Assembly (NCBI RefSeq): GCF_004010195.1
Contig: NC_057750.1
Coordinates: 7,446,530 to 7,510,529, forward strand
Length of the DNA: 64,000 nucleotides
Reading direction: 5' to 3'
From: Chiloscyllium plagiosum
Lineage: Eukaryota
Positions 48,199 through 59,696 of the stretch are shown here, piece by piece. Under the pieces are notes generated by a model. The model had not been told where the DNA came from. It saw nothing but the letters and a program-made list of their open reading frames with translations, and did not search any database. Position 1 is the stretch's first letter. Each line of letters starts with the position of its first letter. The translations under genes were made by a program, and so were the position numbers.

Positions 48199-48831
48199 CA
48201 GTGCTTCCCAAAGCTTTTTCCCCACTTGACGTCGTTTTGAAAGTTGAAAATTGCTTGGGGGAACTGTGAGGCTGGGTGTGGTTTTTGGGAACAGTGTCTA
48301 ATCTTCGGGCAATTTTTTCTTTCGCAACCTCCCCTTTTCGTTAGCTGATTCTGAAGCAGGAATCAGTCACATTATTGAAAAGAACTTGGGGATTTTGGAA
48401 CTTTTTAAAACATGTTCATACTGTGGACCAGCATTCATTGCCTACCCCTAATTACCCGGACGGAGTTAAAAGTCGACCATGTTGCTGTGGGTCTGGGGTC
48501 ACATGTTGGCCCAGACCAGGTAAGGCTGGCAATTTCCTTCCTTGGACATTAGTAAATCAAATGGGTTTTCCCAACAATCAACACCGATTTCATGGTCATC
48601 ATTTGATTTTTAATTGAATCTAAAGTCATTTTCTGGCATGGTAGGTTTGAACTCTGGTCCCCAGATCCTTACCTGGGTCTCTGGATTAATAGTCCACTGA
48701 TAATACCACTAGGCCGCAGTCTTCCCTTGGTCAGGACTCCATGGAGGTTACTGATGTCCAGGAACTCTCGAGCTCCGAACCCCATCTTGCAGCTCCACTA
48801 CGTATCAATCCCTACGGATTGGGAAGCCCCG
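48199..48831. mobile_element. Old hAT (Charlie-like) non-autonomous element with nested SINE
   Basis: TIRs CAGTGCTTCCCAA / TTGGGAAGCCCCG; 8-bp flanks TTGTATAT / CTCTAGAT resemble the NTCTAGAN Charlie target. Confidence 0.55.
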
Positions 48832-48843
48832 CTCTAGATTAAA

Positions 48844-49645
48844 GTCATGATCTGGAGGTGCCAGTGTTGGACTGGGGTGGACAAAGTTTAAAAATCACAC
48901 AACACCTGGTTATAGTCCAACAGGTTTGTTTGGAAGCACTAGCTTTCGGAGCGCTGCTCCTTCATCCGGTAACTAGTGGGGCAGGATCATAAGACACAGA
49001 ATTTGTAGCCAAAGATTAGAGTGTCACGCAACTGAAACAATATTTTGAACAAGGAGTAAGTGAGGATGGCAGATGCTGGAGATTAGAGTCAGGAGTGTGG
49101 TGCTGGAAAAGCACAGCAGGTCCGGCAGCATCCGAGGAACAGGAGATTCGACGTTTCAGGCATAAGCATTTCATCAGGATTCCTGATGAAGGGCTTACGC
49201 CCAGAACGTCGATTCTCCTGCTCCTCGGATGCTGCCTGACCTGCTGTGCTTTTCCAGCACCACACTCTCAAATATATTGAACAAACTTGCACTGCTGTTA
49301 AGTCTTTCATCTTGTAGAATGGGTTTCAGGTTTCAGTTAATTCATATGTAAATCCCAAAATTTCATTTAAGTCACATTCTCGAGATAACTTAAGGTTTCA
49401 TAAAAAAGGATGAAATCTGAGCTCAGACAATGTATTAAAGGTGTGAGGTTAGAGTCTGTCTGTATCCCAATCTTGAGTCAGACTGGTTCTATTTCAATAT
49501 ATTGTTTCAGTTGCATGACACTGTGATCTTTTGCTGTAAATTCTGTGTCTTACGACCCTGCTCTTGATGAAGGAGCAGCGCTTTGAAAGCTAGTGCTTCC
49601 ATAGAAAACTGTTGGACTATAACCTGATGTTGCGTGATTTCTAAC
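48844..49645. mobile_element. Penelope family 2 inverted-terminus element containing a nested family 1 inverted pair (49053-49270)
   Basis: Outer TSD CTAGATTAAA; inner TSD ~AATATTTTGAACAA/AATATATTGAACAA; four hammerhead-like cores. Confidence 0.7.
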
Positions 49646-50858
49646 TAGATTAAAATGACATTGCCACCACACAAATGCCAGCAATGACCATCATTCAATT
49701 ATGTTTTCATCACTGAATCCCCCACTATCAACATCGTGGGGTTACCATTAACCAGAAACTCGACTGAACTCACCCGTAAACTCACAGGGGCTACAAGAGC
49801 AGGTAAGAGGCTGGGAATCCTGCGGCAAATAAGTCACCCCCTGACTCCCCAAAGCCTGTCCACCATTTATAATGCACAAGTCAGGAGTGTGATGGAATAC
49901 TCCCCACTTGCCCTGGATGGGGGCAGCTCCAACAACACTCGAGAAGCTCAACACCATCCAGGGCAAAGCAGGCCCCGCATGATTGGCACCACATCCACAA
50001 GCATCCCCTCCCTCCACCCTGACGCTCAGTAGCAGCAGTGTGTACCATCTACAAGATGCACTGCAAGAATTCACCAAAGATCCTCAGACAGCACCTTCCA
50101 AACCCACAATCACTGCCTTCTAGAAGGACAAGGGCAGCAGATACATGGGAACACCACCCCCTGCAAGACCCCATCCGAATCACTCACTATCCTGACTTGG
50201 TTAAAAATTGCACAACACCAGGTTATAGCCCAACAGGTTTATTTGTTGGACAATAACCTGGTGTTGTGCGATTTTTAACTTAGTCCACCCCAGTCCAACA
50301 CCGGCATCTCCACATCAGATCCTGACTTTGAAATTTTCACCATTCCTTCAGTATCACTGGGTCAAAGTAATGGAATACCCCCTCCCCAAGGGCATTGTGG
50401 GTCAACCTACAATACATGGACTGCAGTGCTTCAAGATGGCAGCTCATCCCCGCTTTCTCAAGGGGCCAACTAGGGACGGGGAAATAAACACTGACCTAGC
50501 CAGCGATGCCCATGTCCCATGAACTTTTAAAAAAAACAACTCCTGCAGAGCTCCAGCATCTGCTTTGTCGGTCCATTTCTGATCTGGTAAGTTGAGGCGT
50601 TGGCTCCCTTTTTTAAACCCCCCCTGTCAGTTAGTAGCAACAGGAACGTTCATTTTTCTGCTGTCAGGTAGCTAAACCAACTAGATAAAAAGGGGAGAGC
50701 TGATTCCAAGTTTCTTTTCTGAGTCAAAGAGACTGGAGTTGTTTCATGACCTTTTACCCTCATGAAAAATTAGAAAAGGCGAAATCAAACAGAGGCTCCA
50801 AGGAAAAAACAAAAATTGAGACAGACTGTGTCTAGACAGACAGGAAGGTACAGGCCAT

Positions 50859-51050
50859 AACAGAAATTGCTGGAGAAACTCAGCAGGTCTGGCAGCGTCT
50901 GTGGAGAGAAATCAGCGTTAACGTTCTGAGGAAGAGTCACTCAACCTGAAATGTTAACTCCGATTTCTCTCCACAGATGCAGCCAGACCTGCTGAGTTTC
51001 TCCAGCAATTTCTGTTTTTGTTTCTGATTTACAGCATCTGCAGTTGTTTC
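50859..51050. mobile_element. Penelope-like family 4 palindromic terminus pair
   Basis: AACAGAAATTGCTGGAGAAACTCAGCAGGTCTGG and its reverse complement flank decayed CTGAGGAAGAGTCA..CCTGAAATGTTAAC; related pieces at 1-85, 33225-33500. Confidence 0.6.
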
Positions 51051-51369
51051 TAAGGTACAAGCAGTTGCGGTTTGATGTTTTTAGGTTATGCGAGTGAAAC
51101 TAGAGTTCCGATGGCTAAGCTGTGGCTTTCTTTGCTAGCAATTACTCAGTGAACGGTGTTTTTGCAAGTTGCGTTCTCATGGTTTTGGTTTCTGAGCTTG
51201 AGGGAGAGAAAAGCTTTCAGTATCCTTGCGACCATCAGTCCAGGTTGTGCTGTCTCCCCTTCAATCCTCAAATCAGGCTTCCGAAATATGGTTTGTTTAT
51301 ATACACCAAGACTAGCTCCATTGCCTTTTTAAAACAAGTAATCTTTCATCAACCAATTTCACATTTGAG

Positions 51370-51842
51370 TGTCACTGAGGTGTACAGCACGGTAACAGAC
51401 CCTTCGGCCCAACTCATCCATGCTGACCAGACATCCGAACTTAATCTAGTCCCATTTGCCAGCACTTGGCCCGTATCCCTCCAAACCCTTCCTATTCGTG
51501 TACTCATCTAGATGCCTTTTAAATGTTGTAATTGTACCAGCCTCCACCACTTCCTCTGGCAGCTCATTCCATACACACACCACCCTCTGTGTGAAAAAGT
51601 TGCCCCTTAGGTCCCTTTTATATCTTTCCCCTCTCACCCTAAACCTATGCCTCTAGTTCTGAACTCTCCCACCCCAGGGAAAAAACCTTGTCTATTTACC
51701 CTATCCATGCTCCTCGTGATTTTATAAACCTCTATAAGGTCACCCCTCAGCCTCTGATGCTCCAGGGAAAACAGCCCCGGCCTATTCAGCTTCTCCCTAT
51801 AGCTCAAATCCTCCAACCCTGGCAACATCCTTGTAAATCTTT
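51370..51842 (-). mobile_element. HER1/CR1 3' fragment
   Basis: 'RFTRMLPGLEDLSYRE..RLRGDLIEVYK' and tail. Confidence 0.85.
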
Positions 51843-52219
51843 GCACAACATCCTATGGACCAAATTTCAGGGTCTGTGCATTAAAATGATAATTCTGTTA
51901 CTACTAGTTTCATTTATTCCATGTGATCACAGCAGCCAATAGTAAAGCAAGAGTCACAGAGCCATAGAGATGTACAGCACGTACACAGACCCTTTGGTCC
52001 ATCCAGTCCATGCTGACCATAATCCCAAACTAAACTAGTCCCACCTGCCTGCTCTTGGCCCATATCCCTCCAAATCTTTCCTCTTCATGTATCGCTCCAA
52101 ATGTCTTTTAAATGTTGTAATTGTACCCACATCCACCACTTCCTATGAAAGTCAAATGATAAAAGTTGAGTATTGATCGTTCATTTTAACTTCAATCATC
52201 ATAAATCCTTTAAGAAGAC

Positions 52220-52550
52220 ATGGTGGCTCAGAGGTTAGCGCCACTGCAGCACGGCACCAGGGACTAGGGTTCAATTCCACCCTCGGGTGACTGTCTGTGT
52301 GGAGTTTACACATTCTCCCCGTGTCCGCATGGGTTTCCTCCGGGTCCCTCCCACAGTCCAAAGATGTGCAGGTTAGAGTGAATTGGCCATGCTATATTGC
52401 CCCGCAGTGCCCAGGGATGTGCAGGCTAGGTGGGGTTAGCCATAGGGAACACAGGGATGGGAGCTAGGTGAGTCTGGGAGGGATGCGCTTCAGAGTTTCA
52501 GTGTGGGCTCGCTGGACTGAATGGTCTGCTTTCACACTGCAGGGATTCTA
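52220..52550 (+). mobile_element. HE1 V-SINE
   Basis: Head, V-domain. Confidence 0.8.
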
Positions 52551-53147
52551 CTCTACGAAAATCACCCCTTCCAAGGGAATTGTCTCTCATTCTTTTAAAC
52601 ACTGAGCGTATCGGACTAGTCTACTTGATCTCTCCCCCTCTGACAGGCCTTTTTGTGCCGCAAGTCCATCTCGTGGACGTTTAACACCTTCCTCTGGAGC
52701 AACTGTATGCTTCCTCTGTGGTCATTTTTCACAGTGCTGTTTTGTTGGATCTTTCTGTGCACTGATTGGCTTCTGTCTCCCCGCATTAAGCCTACACTTG
52801 TATTTAAGGCATGCCTGCTGGTCCTGTGTCCTTACTGGGCTTTTATTTCAGACTTTGAGACCCACCATAATGCTGGTGCAGGGCGGTGGGGTGGGGGACG
52901 TTTACTGCGTCAAAGGCGCTAAATAAACGCCAACTGTTATTGTCTTTTCTCCACCTTTCTATTCCTTGGCGGGATGTGGGCATGACCAGTCAGTCCAGAC
53001 TCCTTGAACCGATGGAGCAGGGGGCTTGACCCAGGGCATTGTGGGTAATGACTGAGTGCTGCCCACCCTGAGCCGGCCTCTCAGATCAGTTCTGAGTGGG
53101 AACATCCACGGCCCACCCACCACCACCACCACGAAGACGAGCACCAC

Positions 53148-53693
53148 ATAGAGTCATAGAGATGTACAGCACGGAAACAGACCCTTTGGTCCAACCCGTC
53201 CATGCTGACCAGATATCCCAGCCTAACCTAGTCCCATTTGCCAGCACTTGGCCTATATCCCTCCAAACCCTTCCTATTCATATACCCATCCAGATGACTT
53301 TTAAATGCTGTATTGGTACCAGCCTCCCCCACTTCCTCTGGCAGCTCAGTCCATACACGTACCACCCTCTGCGTGAAAAAGTTGCCCCTTAGGTCCCTTT
53401 TATATCTTTCCCCTCTCACCCTTTTATTATCTTTCTCCTAAACTCTCTAGTTCTGGATTCCCCCATCCCAGGGAACAGACTTTGTCTATTTACCCTAAAC
53501 ATGCCCCTCACCATTTTATAAACCTCTATAAGGTCACCCCTCAGCCTCCGATGCCCCAGCCTATTCAGCCTCTTCCTATAGCTCATATCCTTGAAACCAG
53601 GCAACATGCTTGTAAGTTTTCTCTGAACCCTTTCAAGTTTCACAACATTCCTCCGATAGGAAGGAGACCAGAATTGCACACAATATTCCAAAA
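53148..53693 (-). mobile_element. HER1/CR1 3' fragment
   Basis: 'LEYCVQFWSPSYRRNVVKLERVQRK' and tail. Confidence 0.85.
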
Positions 53694-53899
53694 AGGTATT
53701 TCTTTCCGGCTGGGGAGGGGGGTGTGGGAGCTGTCCCTCTGTGAGGGATATTGACAGGGAGAGGGGAGCGAGGTAGGTGTCGTGGGCCAAGGGATATATC
53801 TGTCTGATAATGGAATAGTGCAGGTTAGATGGGCTTCACAGGTCGGCGCAACATCAAGGGCCGAAGGGCCTGTACTGCGCTGTAATGGTCGATGACGTT

Positions 53900-53946
53900 T
53901 CTCTATCTCTCTCTCTCTCTCTTCCTCCCCACCCCTACTTCGGCAG
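53900..53946 (+). promoter_or_regulatory. Splice acceptor of the fbxo46 coding exon
   Basis: Long (CT)n/pyrimidine tract ending CGGCAG|GG at 53946, 81 nt before the ATG. Confidence 0.75.
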
Positions 53947-54027
53947 GGCGACTGGGAGGATCTCCGTCGAGGTGAATGAGCGCGAGAGCGGTGCAGGACG
54001 TGAGGCGGGGCCCGGTGGTGTGCGAGA

Positions 54028-55983
54028 ATGGAGTCCAACACCTTCTCCCGCATCCGGCTGTGGTGCCCCAGGCCGTTGGGCGGCTACTCCGGGAATAAGC
54101 CGTGCTGCATCAGCGTCAAGAAGATGGCAGGCGATGCCAGGCCCAAGGAGGGGGAGGCCTCGTGCCCCGAGAACTTGCCCCCATCGACTCCGGGGGGCCC
54201 GGGCGGTGGTGGCACTGCCGGGGACGGGCAGGGTGAGGAAGGCCGGGTCCTCCTGGACACGTGGTACGTCATCAAACCGGGCAACACCAAGGAGAAGATT
54301 GCCTTCTTTGTGGCACACCAGTGCAGCGGAGGGGTTGGCACCGGACGGACCACCAACGCCGTCAAGGTCAAGGGCAACTGGAGCACGGACGGCACCAAAC
54401 CCAAGAGGCGGCGCAAGTCTCGGGAACCGGTCCAGGAGGGGCCCTGTCCAGTCAGACCCATGGAGCAGCCTGGGCTCTCCGACAGGCTGTGCCCGCCCCA
54501 TCCAGAGGGCGAGGCCTGCGCCCAGGAGGCTGACCCGCCCTTCTCAGTGGCCGAGATGGTAGCGCGGGTGGAGAGGAGGGCGGCCGCTGGTGAGGAGGTT
54601 CCAGCCGCCCCTCCGGCGCGAGGACCGGCGCCCTCCCCTCCCCCGGGGCAGACCGAGAACCGGGGGCTGGGCGCTGCTGCCGACTCGCGCCGGGTGGCCC
54701 AGGCCATCGCCCGGATCGAGTCAGCCCAGCGGGGGGCGGGGGAAGGCCAGGAGGGGGAGGGGGTGCCAGCGGCTGGGGTTGGGGAGCGGGCGCCGTGCCC
54801 GCCCGGGGAAGTCCGCATCGCCTTCCGGGTGGCCAGCGGTGACCCCCGCTCGCCAGCAGACTCCCAGGCCCCAGGCCCAGGCCCGGGCTGCATCTTCATG
54901 AGCTGCAACCACACGGTGTGCGGCGGGGGCGCAGTGGAGAAGATCACCTGCGACCTCTACCACATCGTCAGCCCCTCTTCGACCACCTCCTCGTCTCTGC
55001 CGGACCCCAATCCCGGGGGCCTCAACTCCAACGGTAACCACCGTCACCGCGGCGACGGCCAGGCCCGCGCCCGCCCGGACGTGGAGATGGCGACGGCCGG
55101 CGTAGCCGAGGAGCCACGGGCAGGCGGCGTCCCCACCGAGGGGGCGGGCGGTGCCTCCTCCCCCACCCCAGCGTCTCCCCCGCCCCTGGAGAAGGGCTCC
55201 CCCCGGGACTGCCTGAACGGTTTCCACGTGGAGGTGGTGGTCACCGGAGGCGTAGACCACTCGGTCTTCTTCGGCCGGGAGGGCCCGCCCGGCGACAAGG
55301 AGGACACGGTCTGCGTGACGGTGAGCGGGCCCGCGCCGGACGCCAAGTGCCTGGCCTGCGAGGACCCCTCTCCGCCGCCCGGCCAGCTCTTCTTCCTGAG
55401 GCCCCTCCCCCCAGCAGACGCCGACTCTTCGGCCGAGCCGGCTCCCATCGGCGGGTCACCGGACCCCAAGGACAGCGCCGTCCTCCTGAGCCCCGAGTCC
55501 GAGCCCCCGGACGCCCCGCTCTACTGCCTGTACCGCCACGTCTCGCACGACTTCCTGGAGATCCGCTTCCAAATCCAGCGGCTCCTGGAGCCCCGGCAGT
55601 ACCTCCTGCTCCTGCCCGACCACGTGACAGTGAAGATCCTCAGCTACCTCCCCACCCGGGCCTTGGCGGCCCTGAAGTGCGTCTGCCACCACTTCAAGGC
55701 CGTGATCGAGGCCTACGGGGTGCGGGCCACGGACTCGCGGTGGAACCGGGACCCCCAGTACCGGGACGACCCCTGCAAGCAGTGCAAGAAACGATACGAG
55801 CGGGGCGACGTCTCCCTCTGCCGCTGGCACCCGAAACCTTATCACCACGACTTGCCTTACGGACGCTCCTATTGGATGTGCTGCCGGCGGAAAGACCGGG
55901 ACACCCCGGGATGCTGCGTCGGTCTCCATGACAACAACTGGGTGCAGCCCAGCGACACACTCAAGAAGGAGGAGGGGAGGTAA
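54028..55983 (+). CDS. fbxo46: F-box only protein 46 (651 aa, single coding exon)
   Basis: N-terminal LWCPRP and EGRVLLDTWYVIKPGNTKEKIAFFVAHQC, SVAEMVA, GEVRIAFR, KITCDLY, GFHVEVVVTG, F-box 'LLPDHVTVKILSYLPTRALAALKCVC', C-terminal DDPCKQC...CRWHPKPYHHDLPYGRSYWMCC...GLHDNNWV; N-terminus fits FBXO46 rather than paralogue FBXO34. Confidence 0.93.
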   Translation: MESNTFSRIRLWCPRPLGGYSGNKPCCISVKKMAGDARPKEGEASCPENLPPSTPGGPGGGGTAGDGQGEEGRVLLDTWYVIKPGNTKEKIAFFVAHQCSGGVGTGRTTNAVKVKGNWSTDGTKPKRRRKSREPVQEGPCPVRPMEQPGLSDRLCPPHPEGEACAQEADPPFSVAEMVARVERRAAAGEEVPAAPPARGPAPSPPPGQTENRGLGAAADSRRVAQAIARIESAQRGAGEGQEGEGVPAAGVGERAPCPPGEVRIAFRVASGDPRSPADSQAPGPGPGCIFMSCNHTVCGGGAVEKITCDLYHIVSPSSTTSSSLPDPNPGGLNSNGNHRHRGDGQARARPDVEMATAGVAEEPRAGGVPTEGAGGASSPTPASPPPLEKGSPRDCLNGFHVEVVVTGGVDHSVFFGREGPPGDKEDTVCVTVSGPAPDAKCLACEDPSPPPGQLFFLRPLPPADADSSAEPAPIGGSPDPKDSAVLLSPESEPPDAPLYCLYRHVSHDFLEIRFQIQRLLEPRQYLLLLPDHVTVKILSYLPTRALAALKCVCHHFKAVIEAYGVRATDSRWNRDPQYRDDPCKQCKKRYERGDVSLCRWHPKPYHHDLPYGRSYWMCCRRKDRDTPGCCVGLHDNNWVQPSDTLKKEEGR

Positions 55984-56609
55984 AACAACGAACCCTGTGG
56001 ACAGGAAAGGAATGTTTTTGTTTTCCGGAAAATTCTCGGCCCTCCCCTCCCCGCCCCGGCTGAACATTCCGGCTTCTCGTGTGCTAGAGATATTTAATTT
56101 CTGTTTCGTTTGAAGGCGTTTGGGCTGTCGGGGTGCGTATGGAATGAGATTAATTGTCGAGAGCATGATCGAGATTGTGTTCTTCCCTCTCTCTAGTTTT
56201 TTATTTGGTTTCCCCACCCCTTCCCCCTTGTTATCCAAATATATCGAAACATAATTTAAGATCAACACAAGTGCAGCTTCTTTCATCCGCACCCTTCACC
56301 CTCCCCCTCCAAAAAAATCCAATTTCTCCTGAGCTGTTTCCTTAGCGACCGCTTGGCCGTTCTCTCAGCTGCCATCTTGGTTTCTCCTTGTTGGGTGGAG
56401 AGTATTGTTAGCAGTCATAAGCTGCTCAGGAACAAAATTAGCAGCTTCCAGTGACCTCGCCCATGGCTCCGTTGGTGTGACCTGGCGGTTATTAACTCTT
56501 AAGGTTTAGCAGGCCTCAATCCAGTCCTACCTAATTCCGTGGAGGTTTTGGGGCAGTATTGGGCTGGACTTCGGAATCTCCAAGTTGTCCACAGAAGGAA
56601 CGATCCTAA

Positions 56610-56937
56610 CATAGAATCCACAATGTGGAAGCAGGCCATTTGGCCCATCAAGTCCACACTGACCCTCCAAAGAGCATCCCACCCATAACCAGTTCTCTCA
56701 CCCTATCTCTGTAAACCTGCATTTCCCATGGCTAACCCACCTAGCCTGCGTATCCCTGTAGACTACGAGGCAATCTAGCATGGCCAGTCCACCCTAACCT
56801 GCACATCTTTGGACTGTGATGGGTAACTAACACAGAATGTGCAAACTCCACCCAGACAGTCTCCTGAGGGTGAAATCGAACCCAGGTCTCTGGTGTTGTG
56901 AGGCAGCAGTGCTAACCACTGAGCCACGTTGCCACCC
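56610..56937 (-). mobile_element. HE1 V-SINE
   Basis: Reverse-complement SINE. Confidence 0.8.
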
Positions 56938-57108
56938 ATCAGGCCCATTTCCAACAGAGCTCAACAGGTGTTTGAGGAGAGAGAGAGAGAGAGAGATACC
57001 TCATCTCAATCTGTGATACATCTGGACAAATACCTGAATGCCAAATTTCATATAGACAGAATAACTTATTCCTTGGGAGATTGTTTGAAATTTGGTACTC
57101 TCGCGTCT

Positions 57109-57291
57109 NNNNNNNNNNNNNNNNNNNNNNNNNNNNNNNNNNNNNNNNNNNNNNNNNNNNNNNNNNNNNNNNNNNNNNNNNNNNNNNNNNNNNNNNNNNN
57201 NNNNNNNNNNNNNNNNNNNNNNNNNNNNNNNNNNNNNNNNNNNNNNNNNNNNNNNNNNNNNNNNNNNNNNNNNNNNNNNNNNNNNNNNNNN
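57109..57291. other. Assembly gap
   Basis: N run. Confidence 1.
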
Positions 57292-59480
57292 CTTCCAACA
57301 AACCTTCCTCCAAAGTGGAAAGTGTCCACAAAGATCCAAAACAAATCACGCCTGATATCACATCAGTTTGAGAGAGACAGGAGAGTAAGTTTGGGGAAGT
57401 GGGAAGAGGTGGGAATCAATCAACAAGGGGTCCCAGACGGGTTCACTAGCTGCTCTGTATCACTGATTATCACTGGTTAGCGGATACCCTGCAGGGAAAG
57501 CTGACACTAAAATCGGTCCCTTTGCAACCAGTTGACGGGTCAAGGAGGCACCTGTGGGTGAGGGGGTCACCACTGGAATATTAGTTTCGCGAATCGATGT
57601 GACACAACACCAAACACTGGTTACAAACACTAATTGAATTAGTCAGTCCTGAAGGGCAGCCTTTCCCATTTTCGGGAAGGGTCGGTGTAGTGGCGATTTT
57701 GTCCAACCTGGGTTCCAATCCAGTCATAGCTGCTGCTGAAATTTAAATTCAATTAAAATATTTTTATATTTAAAAAAAAAACTGGAATTGAAAGCTGTTA
57801 GTAATGAGGATTGTGAAACTATAATTAATTGTTGTAAAACACTGCCTATCTGGTTCACTAATGTCGTTCGAGAAAAGAGATCTTACGTGGTCTGGCCTAA
57901 GGCAAAGAGATTTTAGAACAGTAAAGGAGTTAAGAGTTATGCTGAGCGGAGTTGAGTCCGCAATAAACATCAGCCGTGATCTTATTGAATGGCGGAGCAG
58001 GCTTCAGGGCCTGTTGGCCTACCTCGGTTTCTATTTCTTATGTACATGTGACTCCAGACCCACAGCGATGGGGTTAACTCCTAACTGCCCTCTGACATGG
58101 CTCAAGCAAACTGCTCAGTAACAGGGCAGTGAGGGATGCCACAAATGCTGATCTCGCCCAGTGACACCTGGGAAATTAAGATAAAGGTTGTCCGCAAGAA
58201 ACTGTGAAGGGGGGGGTCAGTCCTTTAGAAGGTCAACTGGAAGCGAAGGGAGGAAGGGGCAAGGGTGTGGCTGGGGCTATCTCTTGCAATGCCAGCCCCA
58301 ATGGCCGGTCTGATGCAGGAAGACATCAACAGAGTAGATGAGTCCTTTCTGAACTTGTTCCCACCGTGACCCCATCTCGAGGCCTGAACATCCTCTTTGG
58401 TGGGAAGAAGGCCATGGGACTCGCAGGAGGATACGGGAGATCTCCGAGATTGGGGGAGGAGGGTCTCAGAGCTAGGGGGTTGCAATTGCTGCCTCTGAGC
58501 TCCAACCTTTTCAACCTTCTAACAGCAGTTACAACCCTATGCCAATTTTGGGAAGCTCTGTACAGGACTAGCCTCGTCATTACCTGGGCTGACTTTGTCC
58601 TGGCTGAGGCTTGAGATGAGGCGGAATTTCTTCATCCAGAGGGTGGTGACACATTGCCACAGAGGGCCATGGAGACCATGTCACGGAGTGTCTACTTGCT
58701 GAGTAAGGAGGTCAAGGGTCACGGGGCGAAGGCAGGAGAACTGGGTTGAGAAGCCTACCAAACCGCAATGGAATGGCAGAGCGAGGGCCGAATATCCAAA
58801 TTCTGCCCCAATATCTTGTGAATGTTGGGCATGATACCAGCCTCCACAACTGTCCTGACATTGGGGTTCAAAGGTCGGCGATCCTAGGGAGAGCGGCAAC
58901 GTCGTAACCATCCAATTTGCAACTGAGCCGCATCCATCGCCGGTAAAGGGCATTGCAGCACATGTCATACACAACAACAACATCTACATTTGCTTTGCAC
59001 CACACAGTAAAGCCTGACACCCAATCACTGGTTAGATCAAGGGACCAGAAGCAAGTCCCAAGAGGTGGGTTTGTACGGAGCTTCTTGAAGGGAGGTAGAG
59101 AGGGGGTTGTGACAACTGAAGGTATGACCATGAGAAGTTGACGAACCAAACTTTAAAACTCACCCTTGCTCCCCACCAGCGATCCATCCTTAATCCTCAA
59201 TCTAAACCCTTTGTACTGATCTCGAGCAACATTGCTCTGTCAACTGATAGTACTTAATATACACCCCCGCTTCTGAGTCCCAGTTACAGCCCAAGGTGGG
59301 GAGAGGTTAGATGACAGAGTAGGGAGAGACACCTCACCAAACCACATCTCAACAGGCGACTTATATCCCCAGGACATTTCTGCACTGCTCTCAATATCAG
59401 AACAGGCTTGAGTCAGTGTCCTGTGACTCGGAAGTTTAAAAAGTCCCTGAAAGTTTTTTTTTTATTGCAATATGTCTGGT

Positions 59481-59486
59481 AATAAA
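59481..59486 (+). terminator. Possible distal fbxo46 polyadenylation signal
   Basis: AATAAA with U-rich flanks; assignment to fbxo46 is inference only. Confidence 0.3.
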
Positions 59487-59696
59487 CTTGTTTTTTTTCA
59501 CAGTGATGTTATTTGAGATATTGAAGTGTGTTATCCAGGCCAGCACTCCAGTGCATTTAGCAGGGAAAGTGATGCAGTGCCGAAACGCAGCCGAGCTGGT
59601 AATCTGAGTATCTCTTGCCTCCCCAGTCTAAAGTGTTGGGCTTGACCACCCACTTCAGAACTCCGACACAAAATCCAGGCCGACATTCCCGGTACC

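Noticed and set aside
53885-56292. Several long antisense and alternative-frame ORFs over fbxo46
   Set aside because: Expected shadows of a very GC-rich coding exon; no recognisable domains
58225-58614. Possible terminal exon of a downstream minus-strand gene such as qpctl
   Set aside because: No resemblance to glutaminyl cyclase or other recognisable protein; weak acceptor
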